This document shows, one piece after another, positions 39,442-49,373 of a stretch of 64,000 bases of DNA. The notes beneath the pieces are model-generated. The model was not told where the DNA came from and ran no database searches. It saw only the letters and a list, made by a program, of their open reading frames with translations. Within the stretch, counting starts at the first letter, position 1; the number at the start of each line of letters is the position of its first letter. The translations under genes and the position numbers were made by a program. Source of the DNA: Candidatus Adlerbacteria bacterium (GTDB lineage Bacteria; Patescibacteriota; Minisyncoccia; Phycocordibacterales; SBAW01); contig CAVVLG010000002.1 of NCBI GenBank assembly GCA_963749085.1, positions 293,033-357,032 on the forward strand, in the 5' to 3' direction.

Positions 39442-40674
39442 ATGGATGTCGGGGCCTTCGGTGTGTATGTGTGTCTCTTTATTGCCCTCTATTTTGAGGT
39501 TTTCTTGCTCATTTCCTTTTTTGAAAAACGGCCGGCGCAGAAATCCCCTGCACGTCCCATGTACTTCCCCAGCGCCTCAATGATTGTGCCGTGCTACAAC
39601 GAAGAAAAGACGCTCGTGCACACAGTCAAGTCGCTGTTGGCGCTCGACTATCCGAAGGATAAACTGGAAATCTACATCGTCGATGATGGTTCAAAAGACG
39701 GCACACGTGCAATTGGCGAGCAGCTGGCGGCGCAGTACAGTCAGGTCAGCTATTTTTACAAAAAAAACGGCGGCAAATATACAGCCCTTAACTTCGGCAT
39801 TGAGCGCTCCAAAGCGGAGCTCGTCGGATGCCTTGATGCCGATTCATTCGTGGCCGAGGATGCGCTCCTTGAAGTGGCGAAAAAACTTGAAAGCGATGCC
39901 TCCGTTATGGCGACGACGCCGGCGATGAAGGTCTACCTCCCGCGCACTATCCTCGAGACTATGCAGGCGGTCGAGTACACCTTCGGGATTTTTTATAAAA
40001 AGATGTTCGACAATATTTCAGCGGTTAATGTACTACCCGGGCCGTTTTCTCTCTACCGGCGCGAGGTATTCGAGCGCATCGGACTTTTTCGACATGCCCA
40101 TAACACTGAGGATATGGAGATAGCCTTCCGCATGCATGCCCACGGATTAAAAATTGCGAACGTCCACACTGCCTTCGTCTATACCACGGTACCAAAAACT
40201 CCATGGGGCCTCATTAAACAGCGCACACGCTGGTCCCAGGGATTCCTTCAGAATTCAAAGGATTATTCCTATATGTATTTCAATCCGCGCTACGGCAATT
40301 TCGGCATACTCGTGCTGCCCTTTGGCCTGTCGGCGTTTACCGCAGGACTCTACACCGCCGGCTATGCCCTGTATAAGAGCGTGGGGTTTGTCTGGGGACG
40401 CGTGTCGGAGATGTGGGCAACCGGTGTGCCTTTGCAGATACCTACCGAGCACCTTACCTGGTACTACATAAATACCAGTATGATGACGTTTCTCGTTATT
40501 GCCACGCTCGGTATGACGCTCGTGGCCATTGTACTTGGACAACGCATTGCGAAAACGGAATTGGGAATGAAATCATTTGTCTCCTATTTCGTACTGTACG
40601 GCTTCATAGCGCCACTGTGGCTTGCGCGCGCCGCGTGGGGAGCACTGCGCTCACAGGAAAGCGCGTGGAAGTAG
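39442..40674 (+). CDS. GT2 membrane glycosyltransferase
   Basis: VPCYNEE, VDDGS, DAD, TED, QRTRW, plus TM helices. Start taken at ATG 39442, 7 nt after TATACT. Confidence 0.92.
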   Translation: MDVGAFGVYVCLFIALYFEVFLLISFFEKRPAQKSPARPMYFPSASMIVPCYNEEKTLVHTVKSLLALDYPKDKLEIYIVDDGSKDGTRAIGEQLAAQYSQVSYFYKKNGGKYTALNFGIERSKAELVGCLDADSFVAEDALLEVAKKLESDASVMATTPAMKVYLPRTILETMQAVEYTFGIFYKKMFDNISAVNVLPGPFSLYRREVFERIGLFRHAHNTEDMEIAFRMHAHGLKIANVHTAFVYTTVPKTPWGLIKQRTRWSQGFLQNSKDYSYMYFNPRYGNFGILVLPFGLSAFTAGLYTAGYALYKSVGFVWGRVSEMWATGVPLQIPTEHLTWYYINTSMMTFLVIATLGMTLVAIVLGQRIAKTELGMKSFVSYFVLYGFIAPLWLARAAWGALRSQESAWK

Positions 40675-40677
40675 GGC

Positions 40678-41355
40678 ATGACCTGGCAGAAATACCTTCT
40701 TGCCTTCCTCATTACCGCTGCTATATTCGGCACCGCCTTCTACATCGCCGCCAGGCTCGACAGCGCGCGCATCGCCGACATACAGGCGACTGAGGAAACT
40801 ATTTCCATAGACATACTCTCCTTGGAGACGCAATTTGAACTCCTAAGCAATCTCGACTGCAGTACGATTACTCAAAATCCGGTGCTCTCCGACGAACTCA
40901 ATTCCCTAGCGAGCCAGCTCTCGGTCGCGGAGGATAATCTCGGCAGCGACAATCCGGATGTGATTCAGCTCAAAGAGCAGTATTCGCTGCTTGAGATAAA
41001 AGACTACATCCTTCTGCAACAGCTTGAGCAGAAATGCAATCTCAAGGCCACCTACGTGCTCTATTTTTATTCCAATTCGGGCGACTGCCCCGACTGCACC
41101 GAGGCTGGCGATGTGCTTACCTACTTGCGGCAAACCTACCCCGGTTTGCGCGTATATTCTTTCGACTATGACCTCGATCTCTCGGCCCTCAAAACCCTGG
41201 AGCTCGTACGCCATGTCAAACCGGACCTCCCGGCGTTTGTCATCAACAACAAAGCGCCGGTCTACGGCCTCCAGACGCTCCAGCAAATGGAGGCGCTTAT
41301 TCCCAACTTGCAGTCGCTCGCAACGTCGAGCGCCACCACGTCGAGCGGCTATTAA
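40678..41355 (+). CDS. Membrane-anchored thioredoxin-like protein
   Basis: N-terminal TM, LYFYSNSGDCPDC, LPAFVIN. Confidence 0.7.
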   Translation: MTWQKYLLAFLITAAIFGTAFYIAARLDSARIADIQATEETISIDILSLETQFELLSNLDCSTITQNPVLSDELNSLASQLSVAEDNLGSDNPDVIQLKEQYSLLEIKDYILLQQLEQKCNLKATYVLYFYSNSGDCPDCTEAGDVLTYLRQTYPGLRVYSFDYDLDLSALKTLELVRHVKPDLPAFVINNKAPVYGLQTLQQMEALIPNLQSLATSSATTSSGY

Positions 41356-41371
41356 ATTCCGACTCTATGTT

Positions 41372-41447
41372 TGGAGCCAGCGGGAGGATTCGAACCCCCG
41401 ACCAACGCTTTACAAAAGCGCTGCTCTACCAACTGAGCTACGCTGGC
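41372..41447 (-). tRNA. tRNA-Thr(TGT)
   Basis: GCCAGCGTAGCTCAGTTGGTAGAGCAGCGCT-TTTGTAA-AGCGTTGGTCGGGGGTTCGAATCCTCCCGCTGGCTCCA; 76 nt with encoded CCA. Confidence 0.98.
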
Positions 41448-41858
41448 TTATTCTTCAATCGTGGGGTCCCTCGGTGCCCTGCGCTGAAGCTTTTTTTTAT
41501 GATTCGCAACTTCTTGCAAAAATGCAGAAGCTTCTCCGGGCACGTGGGTGGTTTCCGTCTTTTCGCGCACCGTGCGGAGCACCTTCTCGAGCAGGTGTTC
41601 GAGGGATAGCACTCCGCGCGCAAGCGTCAGATGCAGCCACGTGCGGAATTTTTGGCCTTCAACCTGGAGAAGCGCCTGTGCAGTTCGAGGGAGCGTCTTC
41701 CCCATTAAGTGTACGCCCCGTTCAAGTGAAGAAGTAACCCGTGGGCGCACGGCAGAGAACAACACGTTGCCGGTGGCGAGCTCATAGCGCTTGAACCACA
41801 GCAACGAGGCCATGCCGACTATGGAAAGCAGGAGGGTTGTGATAAAAAACAGCACCAT
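41448..41858 (-). CDS. Hypothetical membrane-anchored protein
   Basis: N-terminal TM; fills the gap between tsf and the tRNA. Confidence 0.7.
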   Translation of the reverse strand: MVLFFITTLLLSIVGMASLLWFKRYELATGNVLFSAVRPRVTSSLERGVHLMGKTLPRTAQALLQVEGQKFRTWLHLTLARGVLSLEHLLEKVLRTVREKTETTHVPGEASAFLQEVANHKKKLQRRAPRDPTIEE

Positions 41859-41870
41859 GTCCCTATGATA

Positions 41871-42326
41871 CTACTGAACGGAAAAAATATCGAATTTGCT
41901 GACTTCAATGCGCTCGCCAAATTTTTGCGTCGCGCTTGAGACTAGGTCAGCGACTGTTTTTGAAGAATCTTTGATAAACGCTTCTTTGAGCAGCACGTCG
42001 GTTGTCGGGGGACGCATGGCGGCGGCGTGCATCGCAATGTCGCGTGCGAGCGCTTTAAACTCGTCGTTTTTTGAAACAAAGTCGGTCTCGCAAGAAAGAA
42101 GCACCATGGCACCCACCTGTGCAGTGGTGTGCACGTAGGCGGCAACGGTGCCCGCACCGAGCTTTCGATCTTGTTTTTTTTGGACGCTGAGGGCTGAGCG
42201 CTCCTGGAGAATGGTGACCGCCTTCTCCATATCGCCCCCGGCCTCTTCAAGCGCTTTCTTGCACTCAGACACGCTGACCCCCGTGCGCTCGCGCAATTGC
42301 TTTACCATCTCGGCGCTGACTGCCAT
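41871..42326 (-). CDS. tsf: Elongation factor Ts (short form)
   Basis: VKQLRERTG..CKKALEEAGGD and CETDFVS; lies downstream of rpsB. Confidence 0.95.
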   Translation of the reverse strand: MAVSAEMVKQLRERTGVSVSECKKALEEAGGDMEKAVTILQERSALSVQKKQDRKLGAGTVAAYVHTTAQVGAMVLLSCETDFVSKNDEFKALARDIAMHAAAMRPPTTDVLLKEAFIKDSSKTVADLVSSATQKFGERIEVSKFDIFSVQ

Positions 42327-42330
42327 AATC

Positions 42331-43047
42331 TTATGGCTGTTTCTCCTCCGCAGGAGCGGGGGTGGCACCAAGGTTATCGGCGTACGTTTTCGCGACCGCT
42401 TCAAGCACAAAGGAAATAACTTTGAGCGACGCATCGTTTGCGGGAATGGGATAGGTTATCTTTGAGCGATCACAGTCTGAATTTATGAGAGCGATCACTG
42501 GAATATTGAGCTGGTGTGCTTCGGCCACAGCGCCACTTTCCTGACGCGAATCGACGACCAAAAGGGCCTCAGGCATGCGCTGCATGCCTTTGAGGCCCCC
42601 GAACATGTGTTCGAGATTCTCAGCTTCACGATCGATAAGAAGTCGCTCTAGTTTGGTAAATTTTGCGAGTCCGCCTTTCTCACGCATGTCGGTTATTTCC
42701 TGCAGCCGCGCGAGACGCTTCTTGATTTCGCCGAAATTGGTGAGCGTACCTCCTATCCAGCGGGAGGCGACGTAGGGTTGGTTGAGCCGCTCGGCAACAC
42801 GCTTGAGTGCCTCGCGAGCTTCGGCTTTGCCTCCCACAAAAAGAATGGTTTTGCGGGCCGCCGCGAGGGAACGAACGAAGTCAAGTGCTGACTGAAGACA
42901 CTGCGCGGTCTGTTCAAGATCAAAAAGCTCCGTGTCTCCTTTGGAGCCGAAGATGAAATCCGAGACGCTCGGGTGGCGGCGGCTGGGCGCGTAGCCGTAC
43001 TGAGCGCCCACGTCGAACAATTTCTCTACCATACCCTCATTTTCCAT
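42331..43047 (-). CDS. rpsB: 30S ribosomal protein S2
   Basis: RWIGGTLTNF and YPIPAND. Confidence 0.96.
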   Translation of the reverse strand: MENEGMVEKLFDVGAQYGYAPSRRHPSVSDFIFGSKGDTELFDLEQTAQCLQSALDFVRSLAAARKTILFVGGKAEAREALKRVAERLNQPYVASRWIGGTLTNFGEIKKRLARLQEITDMREKGGLAKFTKLERLLIDREAENLEHMFGGLKGMQRMPEALLVVDSRQESGAVAEAHQLNIPVIALINSDCDRSKITYPIPANDASLKVISFVLEAVAKTYADNLGATPAPAEEKQP

Positions 43048-43068
43048 AGCGTAACGCGCTCTACCTTA

Positions 43069-44022
43069 TCACGCCGGAGCCGCTGCGGCAAGCGCATCCA
43101 GGATAGGTTCGATATTGCCGGCCAAGACGGACGGCAAATTATGCCAACTCTCCTTGAGGCGATGGTCAGTGACACGATCTTGCAACGTATTGTAGGTACG
43201 AATTTTCTCACTTCGGTCGGCGGTGCCTATCTGCTCCTTGCGCGTCTGCGCATGCACGGCGGCTTCCCTTTCCTCCTCCAGAACTTCAAGCTTCGCCATA
43301 AGCACCGCCATCGCTTGCTCGCGGTTGGCCGCCTGGCTGCGCTGCGACTGCGAGCGCGCTTCAAGTCCGGTAGGTAGGTGCACGAGCCTCACGGCCGTTT
43401 CTACTTTATTGACGTTTTGCCCACCGGCGCCGCCGGAGCGCGAAAATTCCATTTTAATATCAGTGGGATTTATGTGCAGCGTGTGTTTTTTGCGAATGGG
43501 CAAGATGGCGACCGAGGCAGTCGAGGTGTGTATGCGGCCGCTTTTTTCGGTCGCGGGCACGCGTTGAATGCGGTGTACCCCGGTTTCAAATCTGAGTCGC
43601 TCATAGACACTAAGCCCCTTTATTTCAAACGACGCTTCCTTGTATCCGCCGAGATTGGTTTTTGATTCCGCTAGGGCGCGTACGCTCCACCCGCGCGAGG
43701 CGGCGTACGCGCGATACATCTGAGCGAGTTGCTCTGCAAACAGTGCCGCCTCTTCCCCGCCCGCGCCCGCCCGTACCTCAAGTACTACCTCGTTCGGAAA
43801 TTCCTCTTCTTTTTCTTCCGCTTGGAGAATCCGCTCCATCTCGGCTATAACCGTCGCTTTTTGCTCCTCAATGCGCCTCAAATCCTCGCGCGCCACATCG
43901 GCCAAGTCACCTGCGGCCAGAGCCTCAAGGTCCCTCTCTTCTTTAAGCAGGCGCTCATATTCCGCGGCAACATACGCGGTCTTCGGATTGTCCTTGTAGC
44001 GGGAGAAGTCCGCTTCGTTCAT
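43069..44022 (-). CDS. prfA: Peptide chain release factor 1
   Basis: GAGGEEA, RF1-type PAT motif, [17 protein letters not shown]. Confidence 0.94.
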   Translation of the reverse strand: MNEADFSRYKDNPKTAYVAAEYERLLKEERDLEALAAGDLADVAREDLRRIEEQKATVIAEMERILQAEEKEEEFPNEVVLEVRAGAGGEEAALFAEQLAQMYRAYAASRGWSVRALAESKTNLGGYKEASFEIKGLSVYERLRFETGVHRIQRVPATEKSGRIHTSTASVAILPIRKKHTLHINPTDIKMEFSRSGGAGGQNVNKVETAVRLVHLPTGLEARSQSQRSQAANREQAMAVLMAKLEVLEEEREAAVHAQTRKEQIGTADRSEKIRTYNTLQDRVTDHRLKESWHNLPSVLAGNIEPILDALAAAAPA

Positions 44023-44235
44023 CTACTTCTTTTTCGCAGCCGCCCTGCGCGCTTTGAATTTCTCTACGCGTCCTGCGGTATCGAGAATCTTGTCATTGCC
44101 GGTGTAAAACGGGTGGCAATTGGAACAGATTTCAACCTGTATCCTCTCTTTGGTTGAGCCCACAGCGAAAGAGCGTCCGCATGCGCAGGTGATTTTCGCT
44201 TGGGGAAAGTATGTTGGGTGGATATCGGCTTTCAT
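44023..44235 (-). CDS. rpmE: 50S ribosomal protein L31
   Basis: [21 protein letters not shown]. Confidence 0.97.
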   Translation of the reverse strand: MKADIHPTYFPQAKITCACGRSFAVGSTKERIQVEICSNCHPFYTGNDKILDTAGRVEKFKARRAAAKKK

Positions 44236-44272
44236 GGTTGAACTATAGCACTGAAATCGAAGGCTCGCAACT

Positions 44273-45685
44273 TCAGCACTGCCCGTAGTAGCGGGCGTCG
44301 GCCTTCATGGCGGCTGCGCCGTTGCCCCCGGTTATCGTGTCTATATTTTCCTGATACTGAAGTTCGTAGCACAGGACTGCGTTGGCGTAAAACTGCAAGC
44401 TCACATCGCCCACATTTCCACAACCAGCCAGATAGCACATGGCCGCCCTAAACTCAGCGACCGGCGTTTGCGCGGCGGCGTCGTCATCGGTCAAGTATAG
44501 TGCTGATGCCATGAACGCGTCCTGGGGAACCCAGGGGTTGGGAGGTGTATCACCGGTAAGCGGCCCGATGCGATCCGATGATTCTGTGTACGTATAGGAA
44601 GGTTTGGGATATCCGGCATAGAGCGCCCAGGTGGAAGGGATGAACTGTGCCGGCCCCATGGCCCCGCCCCAGCCATACCACTCCTTTGCCGAGACGGACA
44701 TTTCGGAGGGATCAAGCCCCAGGCTTTGTGTAATAGCGAGAAAGATAGGTATTTGTGCCGGAGCCATGTCTGCGGTGTAGGTTCCGGTGCCGACATTTTG
44801 TCCGAGATCGGATTCCTCGGTGATGATGCCGAGGAGAAACGCGGGCCGGATGCCGGTTTTTTGCGAGGCGAGATTGGCGTACGTGAGCGCGTTGCCAAAG
44901 GATATGGCCGCGGAGCCGTTGAGTTGGAAGAGTTCCGCGCGTATCTGTGCGGCGCTCTTCTGATTCGCCGTTATCAATGCCTGATAGGCGGCTTCCTGTC
45001 CCTTGGTCTCGCTGAGCAGTTGCTTCTCCTGCGTTTGCTGGGCTTCTACCTGCTGCTGTTGGAGCTGCTGCACCTGGAGCAGTTGCGATTCCTCGGCCAG
45101 TTGGGTTTGCAAATCAGTTTCCTGCGCTTGCGTTACCACGGTCGTGCTGCTTATTTGCGCAAACGATGCCTGCATCTGCGCGTTGATTTCGTTGAACGTG
45201 TCGAGGTCGGAGAAAAAGTCCGAGAGACTCTGCGAAGACAGAAGCGCCACCACGAGACTCGAGCTCTCCAGCTGGTCTGTTTCGCGCAAAATGCCCGCGA
45301 GAGAATCTTTTTCGGCGCTCAGCTGCGTATTGAGACCGTTGATAGTGCTTTCCTTCTGCGCTATGCCGTCGTTGAGCTCCTGTATCGTGAGATCGCGGGC
45401 TTCAATGGCCAGCTGGGCCGCCGCTATCTGCGCCTTCAATATTTCAAGCGCGCTTTGCAGCGAGACGCTTTTCGTCTCTTCCTGCGTGACTATTTGCTGC
45501 TGCTGAGCAATTTGAGCGTTTATGGAATTAAGCTGATCTTGGAGTTGCTGTTTGTAGGCGCTGACCTCGGATGCGGTCGAGGTGGCGGTTTGCGCATACG
45601 CAACGCTCAGCGGCGAGGAACGCGACAGCAGCGATGCCAATACAATAAGAAAAGCGCCTAGCAGCTGCGCCCTTTTTGTGCCCAT
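44273..45685 (-). CDS. Secreted coiled-coil protein with a C-terminal lytic transglycosylase domain
   Basis: Signal peptide, long Q-rich coiled coil, then EES..G and [13 protein letters not shown] (MltB/SLT-like). Confidence 0.85.
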   Translation of the reverse strand: MGTKRAQLLGAFLIVLASLLSRSSPLSVAYAQTATSTASEVSAYKQQLQDQLNSINAQIAQQQQIVTQEETKSVSLQSALEILKAQIAAAQLAIEARDLTIQELNDGIAQKESTINGLNTQLSAEKDSLAGILRETDQLESSSLVVALLSSQSLSDFFSDLDTFNEINAQMQASFAQISSTTVVTQAQETDLQTQLAEESQLLQVQQLQQQQVEAQQTQEKQLLSETKGQEAAYQALITANQKSAAQIRAELFQLNGSAAISFGNALTYANLASQKTGIRPAFLLGIITEESDLGQNVGTGTYTADMAPAQIPIFLAITQSLGLDPSEMSVSAKEWYGWGGAMGPAQFIPSTWALYAGYPKPSYTYTESSDRIGPLTGDTPPNPWVPQDAFMASALYLTDDDAAAQTPVAEFRAAMCYLAGCGNVGDVSLQFYANAVLCYELQYQENIDTITGGNGAAAMKADARYYGQC

Positions 45686-45758
45686 CCTTTTATTGTACCA
45701 AATATCCAGGGAATTCGGAGCAGGAACGCGAAAAAACTGCGGTGTATCTCCCGTTTTT

Positions 45759-46442
45759 TTATTCTTTCTTTGCTTTTGGCGCCTCGGTTTTGGGAGCTAC
45801 ACCCTCGGCCGGGGCGGCATTGGTATCTTCTTTCTTGCCGCGCTCCTCAGAAATCTCTATGGCAGAGAGATCCACAGCGGGTGCCGCTTCTTCGGGCTCT
45901 TCTTGGGCCACTGAGATCATGGCGACTACCTCATCAAGATCTACGGAAATTTTGGCCTTCGCAGGAAGCTTCAGATCGCCTATTTTTATCTGATCCTCAA
46001 GCGTCACCAGCTTTGAAATATCAACCGCAATGGAGTGTGGCAGATCTTTTGGTTCGCATTCAAGCTCCAATTCGTGCATGACTTTGGTGAGGATGCCGCC
46101 GAGCTCTTTAACGGCCGGCGAAACGCCTTGAAATTCAAGCGGAATAGATACGGTGACAGTCTGGCCTTTTTCAATCGCATAAAAATCAGCGTGAATGGGA
46201 ACTCCCGTGATAGCATCAAAGTCTACGTCATGAATGAGTGCGTCTTTAGCGGCCCCGAGTCCGATTAGGGAGATGACTGAGGACTCCCCCGCTGCGTGGA
46301 ATAGTTTGCCAAACTCCTTGGCGTTGACTGAAATGGGAGTTGCTTTTTCGCTGCGTCCGTACACTATCGCGGGCAAAACACCCTTGTTTCGCAAGGTTTT
46401 TCCTTTCGTCTTGCCATCGCGCTTCTCTACCGCAAGCTCCAT
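45759..46442 (-). CDS. rplY: 50S ribosomal protein L25/Ctc
   Basis: LPAIVYG, HADFY, and a C-terminal Ctc domain. Confidence 0.94.
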   Translation of the reverse strand: MELAVEKRDGKTKGKTLRNKGVLPAIVYGRSEKATPISVNAKEFGKLFHAAGESSVISLIGLGAAKDALIHDVDFDAITGVPIHADFYAIEKGQTVTVSIPLEFQGVSPAVKELGGILTKVMHELELECEPKDLPHSIAVDISKLVTLEDQIKIGDLKLPAKAKISVDLDEVVAMISVAQEEPEEAAPAVDLSAIEISEERGKKEDTNAAPAEGVAPKTEAPKAKKE

Positions 46443-46499
46443 ATGTCAGAGCACTGTATCGGATTTTTTCCAAAAAGGCAATCCGAGCAAGCAGACAAT

Positions 46500-46715
46500 T
46501 TATACCGCGACCGGGATTTTACCAGCTCGCAAGGTATTGGCGATGTTTTTCTTGGTGATTTGATGTGACACAAACAGCATTTCAATTCCCAATACCTTTC
46601 CCTTTTTATCCACATCAGCAAGCAGAAAATCGCTCATCTCCAGAGTCTTATATACTTTGCCTTTTTTGAGCCGGAGGTACATCGCATCCGCTTCTTTATC
46701 GTACGTCGCCTTCAT
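46500..46715 (-). CDS. DUF2283-like putative antitoxin
   Basis: YDKEADAMYLRL..DVDKKGKVLGIEM. Confidence 0.8.
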   Translation of the reverse strand: MKATYDKEADAMYLRLKKGKVYKTLEMSDFLLADVDKKGKVLGIEMLFVSHQITKKNIANTLRAGKIPVAV

Positions 46716-46927
46716 AGGTAATAGGCGGTTAGTATAACATACCCTCGAGAAGTCTGCCGGAATATCACTTTAAGGGTTCGGTCTCCATACTTTTTCAGAT
46801 ATGCACCTGCACCGCCCGTGGCGTCCATAGATAGGTCTGGCTTTCGAAGCACCTCAGTCACCCGCGACGGGCTGATGCTTCTTTCCATCATGCTCAGCTG
46901 CGCGTGATGCGTAAAACGAATTTTCAT
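46712..46927 (-). CDS. DUF4258-like (RelE/BrnT-fold) putative toxin
   Basis: FTHHA..MMERSIS..LKVIF..ILTAY. ATGA coupling to its partner gene. Confidence 0.75.
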   Translation of the reverse strand: MKIRFTHHAQLSMMERSISPSRVTEVLRKPDLSMDATGGAGAYLKKYGDRTLKVIFRQTSRGYVILTAYYL

Positions 46928-46928
46928 T

Positions 46929-47786
46929 TCACTGCCTGGCGAACATTCGCATTTTTTCCATCAAAAATACCTGCATCGCCTCAACCGACGGTTTGAGAAA
47001 TTTATACGGCGTATTCTCATCGGGCTCTTTTGCAAATTCCTCCGCAAGGGAGGTGCGATAGAGCACACGCAGCTCAGTATTGATGTGCACTATCGCAACA
47101 CCGGCTTTAATGCACGCCGCGATATCCTCCTCAGTATTGCCCGACGCGCCGTGTAACACCAGTGGAATGCCGGTCACCTGTGCAATGGCATCGACGCGCT
47201 CAGGGTGTAGCCGTGGTTCGGCGGCGTGTTTGAGCATACCGTGGATATTGCCCACCGCTGGGGCAAAACAATCGATACCTGATTGCGCTACGAATTTCTT
47301 TGCATCTTGGGCAGCGGTCAAATTCTCGAGCGTGACACCCGCCGGCAGTTCATCATGAAGGGAGGAAGACTGCCCGATGTAGCCGAGCTCGCCTTCCATG
47401 ACAACGTCGCGTCCGCTGGCACGGGCATATTTGACGCATGTCGTAAGCAGATGCACATTCTCATCAAAGGGAAGCTTGGCCCCATCTACGACGATGGAAT
47501 CCACTCCATTGGCAATCGCTTGTTCTACTTTTTCGACGCTATAGGTATGATCGGCATTTAAAAATATGGTAATGCCGTGTGATTGGTAGATATCAATCAA
47601 CGCGCGGGCCTGCTGAATGGGAAAAAATTCGCGCTCGCCCTCCGATAGACCCGCGATGACCGGAAGTCCGGTTTCTTTTGCCGCCTGTGCGATAGCCATG
47701 AGCTGGTTGGAGTCGGAGAAATTAAAGTGGCCGATAGCCTTGCTCGCTGTCTTGTATTCGGCAATGGTCTCGCGTAGCGTCTGCAT
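46929..47786 (-). CDS. fba: Class II fructose-bisphosphate aldolase
   Basis: NADH motif, EGELG, AVGNIHG, LVLHGASG, HINTE. Confidence 0.9.
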   Translation of the reverse strand: MQTLRETIAEYKTASKAIGHFNFSDSNQLMAIAQAAKETGLPVIAGLSEGEREFFPIQQARALIDIYQSHGITIFLNADHTYSVEKVEQAIANGVDSIVVDGAKLPFDENVHLLTTCVKYARASGRDVVMEGELGYIGQSSSLHDELPAGVTLENLTAAQDAKKFVAQSGIDCFAPAVGNIHGMLKHAAEPRLHPERVDAIAQVTGIPLVLHGASGNTEEDIAACIKAGVAIVHINTELRVLYRTSLAEEFAKEPDENTPYKFLKPSVEAMQVFLMEKMRMFARQ

Positions 47787-47810
47787 CATTCCAGTATATA
47801 CTACCGAGGT

Positions 47811-48806
47811 ATGGCTTTAGACTTTTTCGCTATCGGCGATACCGTCGTCGATGAATTCATCAGGCTCAAAGACGCCAGCGTGCATTGCAACATCAACAAC
47901 GAGGACTGCGAGATTTGCATGCGCTGGGGTGATAAGATTCCGTTTGAATTTGCGACCTTCGTACCCGCCGTGGGCAACGGTCCAAACGCGGCCGTTTCGG
48001 CCGCACGTTTGGGGCTTACCTCGGGCCTACGCGCCTATATTGGCAACGACCAGTATGGACAAGATTGTCTGGAGGCTTTTCTGCGGGATAAGGTGGACAT
48101 CACGTATGTGGAAAAAATCGCCGACAAACATACTAATCATCACTACGTGCTGTGGTTCGAAAATAACCGCACTATTTTAATCAAACACGAGCTGTTTGAG
48201 TATACGGTTCCGCCGCTCGCAACTGCGCCACGCTGGGTGTACCTCTCCTCCCTCGGCGAGAACTCGCTTCCCATTCACTATGCGTGGGCGCAGCAACTCA
48301 AGCGCTGGCCGGAGACCAAACTCGCCTTCCAGCCCGGCACGTTCCAGATGCAATTCGGCCACGAAGCCCTGAAAGACATCTATCAACGAAGCGAGATTTT
48401 CTTTTGCAATAAGGAAGAAGCCGAAAGGATTCTGGGGAAACCCGCCGGCAGCGATATGAAAGATCTCCTGCAAAGCATCAAAGCGCTGGGACCAAAAATT
48501 GCCGTCGTTACCGACGACGTTCGCGGCGCCGCCTATATAGATGAGCAAAACACCATGATGCACGTACCGCGCTATCCCGATCCGCGCCCACCCTATGAGA
48601 TAACGGGCGCGGGCGATGCGCTCGCTTCAGGTACGGTCGCGGCGCTCGCCTTGGGAAAGCCGCTTGAGATGGCACTGCGGTGGGGCTCAGTTAACGCTTC
48701 GGCGGTATTGCAGGACATAGGTGCTCAAAAGGGATTACTCACGCGCGAACAACTGGAAAAAAATATAGCCAACCCACCAACGGCATGGGACATCACGCCA
48801 CTGTAA
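47811..48806 (+). CDS. PfkB-family carbohydrate kinase
   Basis: GNGPNAAV..ARLG, NKEEA, TGAGDA. Confidence 0.9.
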   Translation: MALDFFAIGDTVVDEFIRLKDASVHCNINNEDCEICMRWGDKIPFEFATFVPAVGNGPNAAVSAARLGLTSGLRAYIGNDQYGQDCLEAFLRDKVDITYVEKIADKHTNHHYVLWFENNRTILIKHELFEYTVPPLATAPRWVYLSSLGENSLPIHYAWAQQLKRWPETKLAFQPGTFQMQFGHEALKDIYQRSEIFFCNKEEAERILGKPAGSDMKDLLQSIKALGPKIAVVTDDVRGAAYIDEQNTMMHVPRYPDPRPPYEITGAGDALASGTVAALALGKPLEMALRWGSVNASAVLQDIGAQKGLLTREQLEKNIANPPTAWDITPL

Positions 48807-49373
48807 ATGATCCTATCGATAACAGGCCCCTCCGGCGTCGGCAAGACCACCTTGCTTCATAATCTGCTCCACGCACTCCCAAATGCGCAACCGCTCAGGA
48901 GCTATACGACGCGCGCGGCGCGAGTGAGCGACGAGCCCGGCGAGTATGTCTATATCAGTACTGAAGGATTCGATATACTAGCACACAACGGGGCCTTTCT
49001 GTGGGAGGCCCGCACCTACGTCAATCGCTACGGCACAAAAAAAGAAGATGTAGACCACGCTCTTGAGGGCGGCGTCTATCTTCCGGTCTTGGTCATTGAT
49101 GCGGTTAAAACACTTCATATGTACGCGAAAGAAGCGGACAAAGAAAGTGCTGTGCGCTCGATATATGTCTACCTCGACGATGAGCAGGAGCTGTACCGAC
49201 GGCTGAAAGAGCGGGGCGACCGCGAAGAGGAAATACAGGTGCGCATTGCCGAGTGCAGGCTCTGGAATAAGGAGGCCCGCGCAAGCGGCATACCCTTTAT
49301 ATATCTTGCCGCCACCCAGCGAAAAGAAGAAATTTCAGCGGATGCGCTGCGCGTTATTCACACTGACGACTAG
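48807..49373 (+). CDS. gmk: Guanylate kinase-like protein
   Basis: GPSGVGKTT, SYTTRAAR..E..Y, RYGT. Confidence 0.8.
   Translation: MILSITGPSGVGKTTLLHNLLHALPNAQPLRSYTTRAARVSDEPGEYVYISTEGFDILAHNGAFLWEARTYVNRYGTKKEDVDHALEGGVYLPVLVIDAVKTLHMYAKEADKESAVRSIYVYLDDEQELYRRLKERGDREEEIQVRIAECRLWNKEARASGIPFIYLAATQRKEEISADALRVIHTDD

Noticed and set aside
41355-41447. tRNA-Thr as an integration site
   Set aside because: No duplicated tRNA 3' end and no integrase found in the window.
43069-44022. Alternative genetic code (UGA=Gly)
   Set aside because: Conserved genes such as hisS, pheS and fba end at TGA at the expected positions, and none shows internal TGA.
46443-46500. Possible relic of the fba 3' end beyond the DUF4258/DUF2283 pair (FLEKIR versus FLMEKMR)
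   Set aside because: The similarity is too short, and the region also holds the rplY -10 box.
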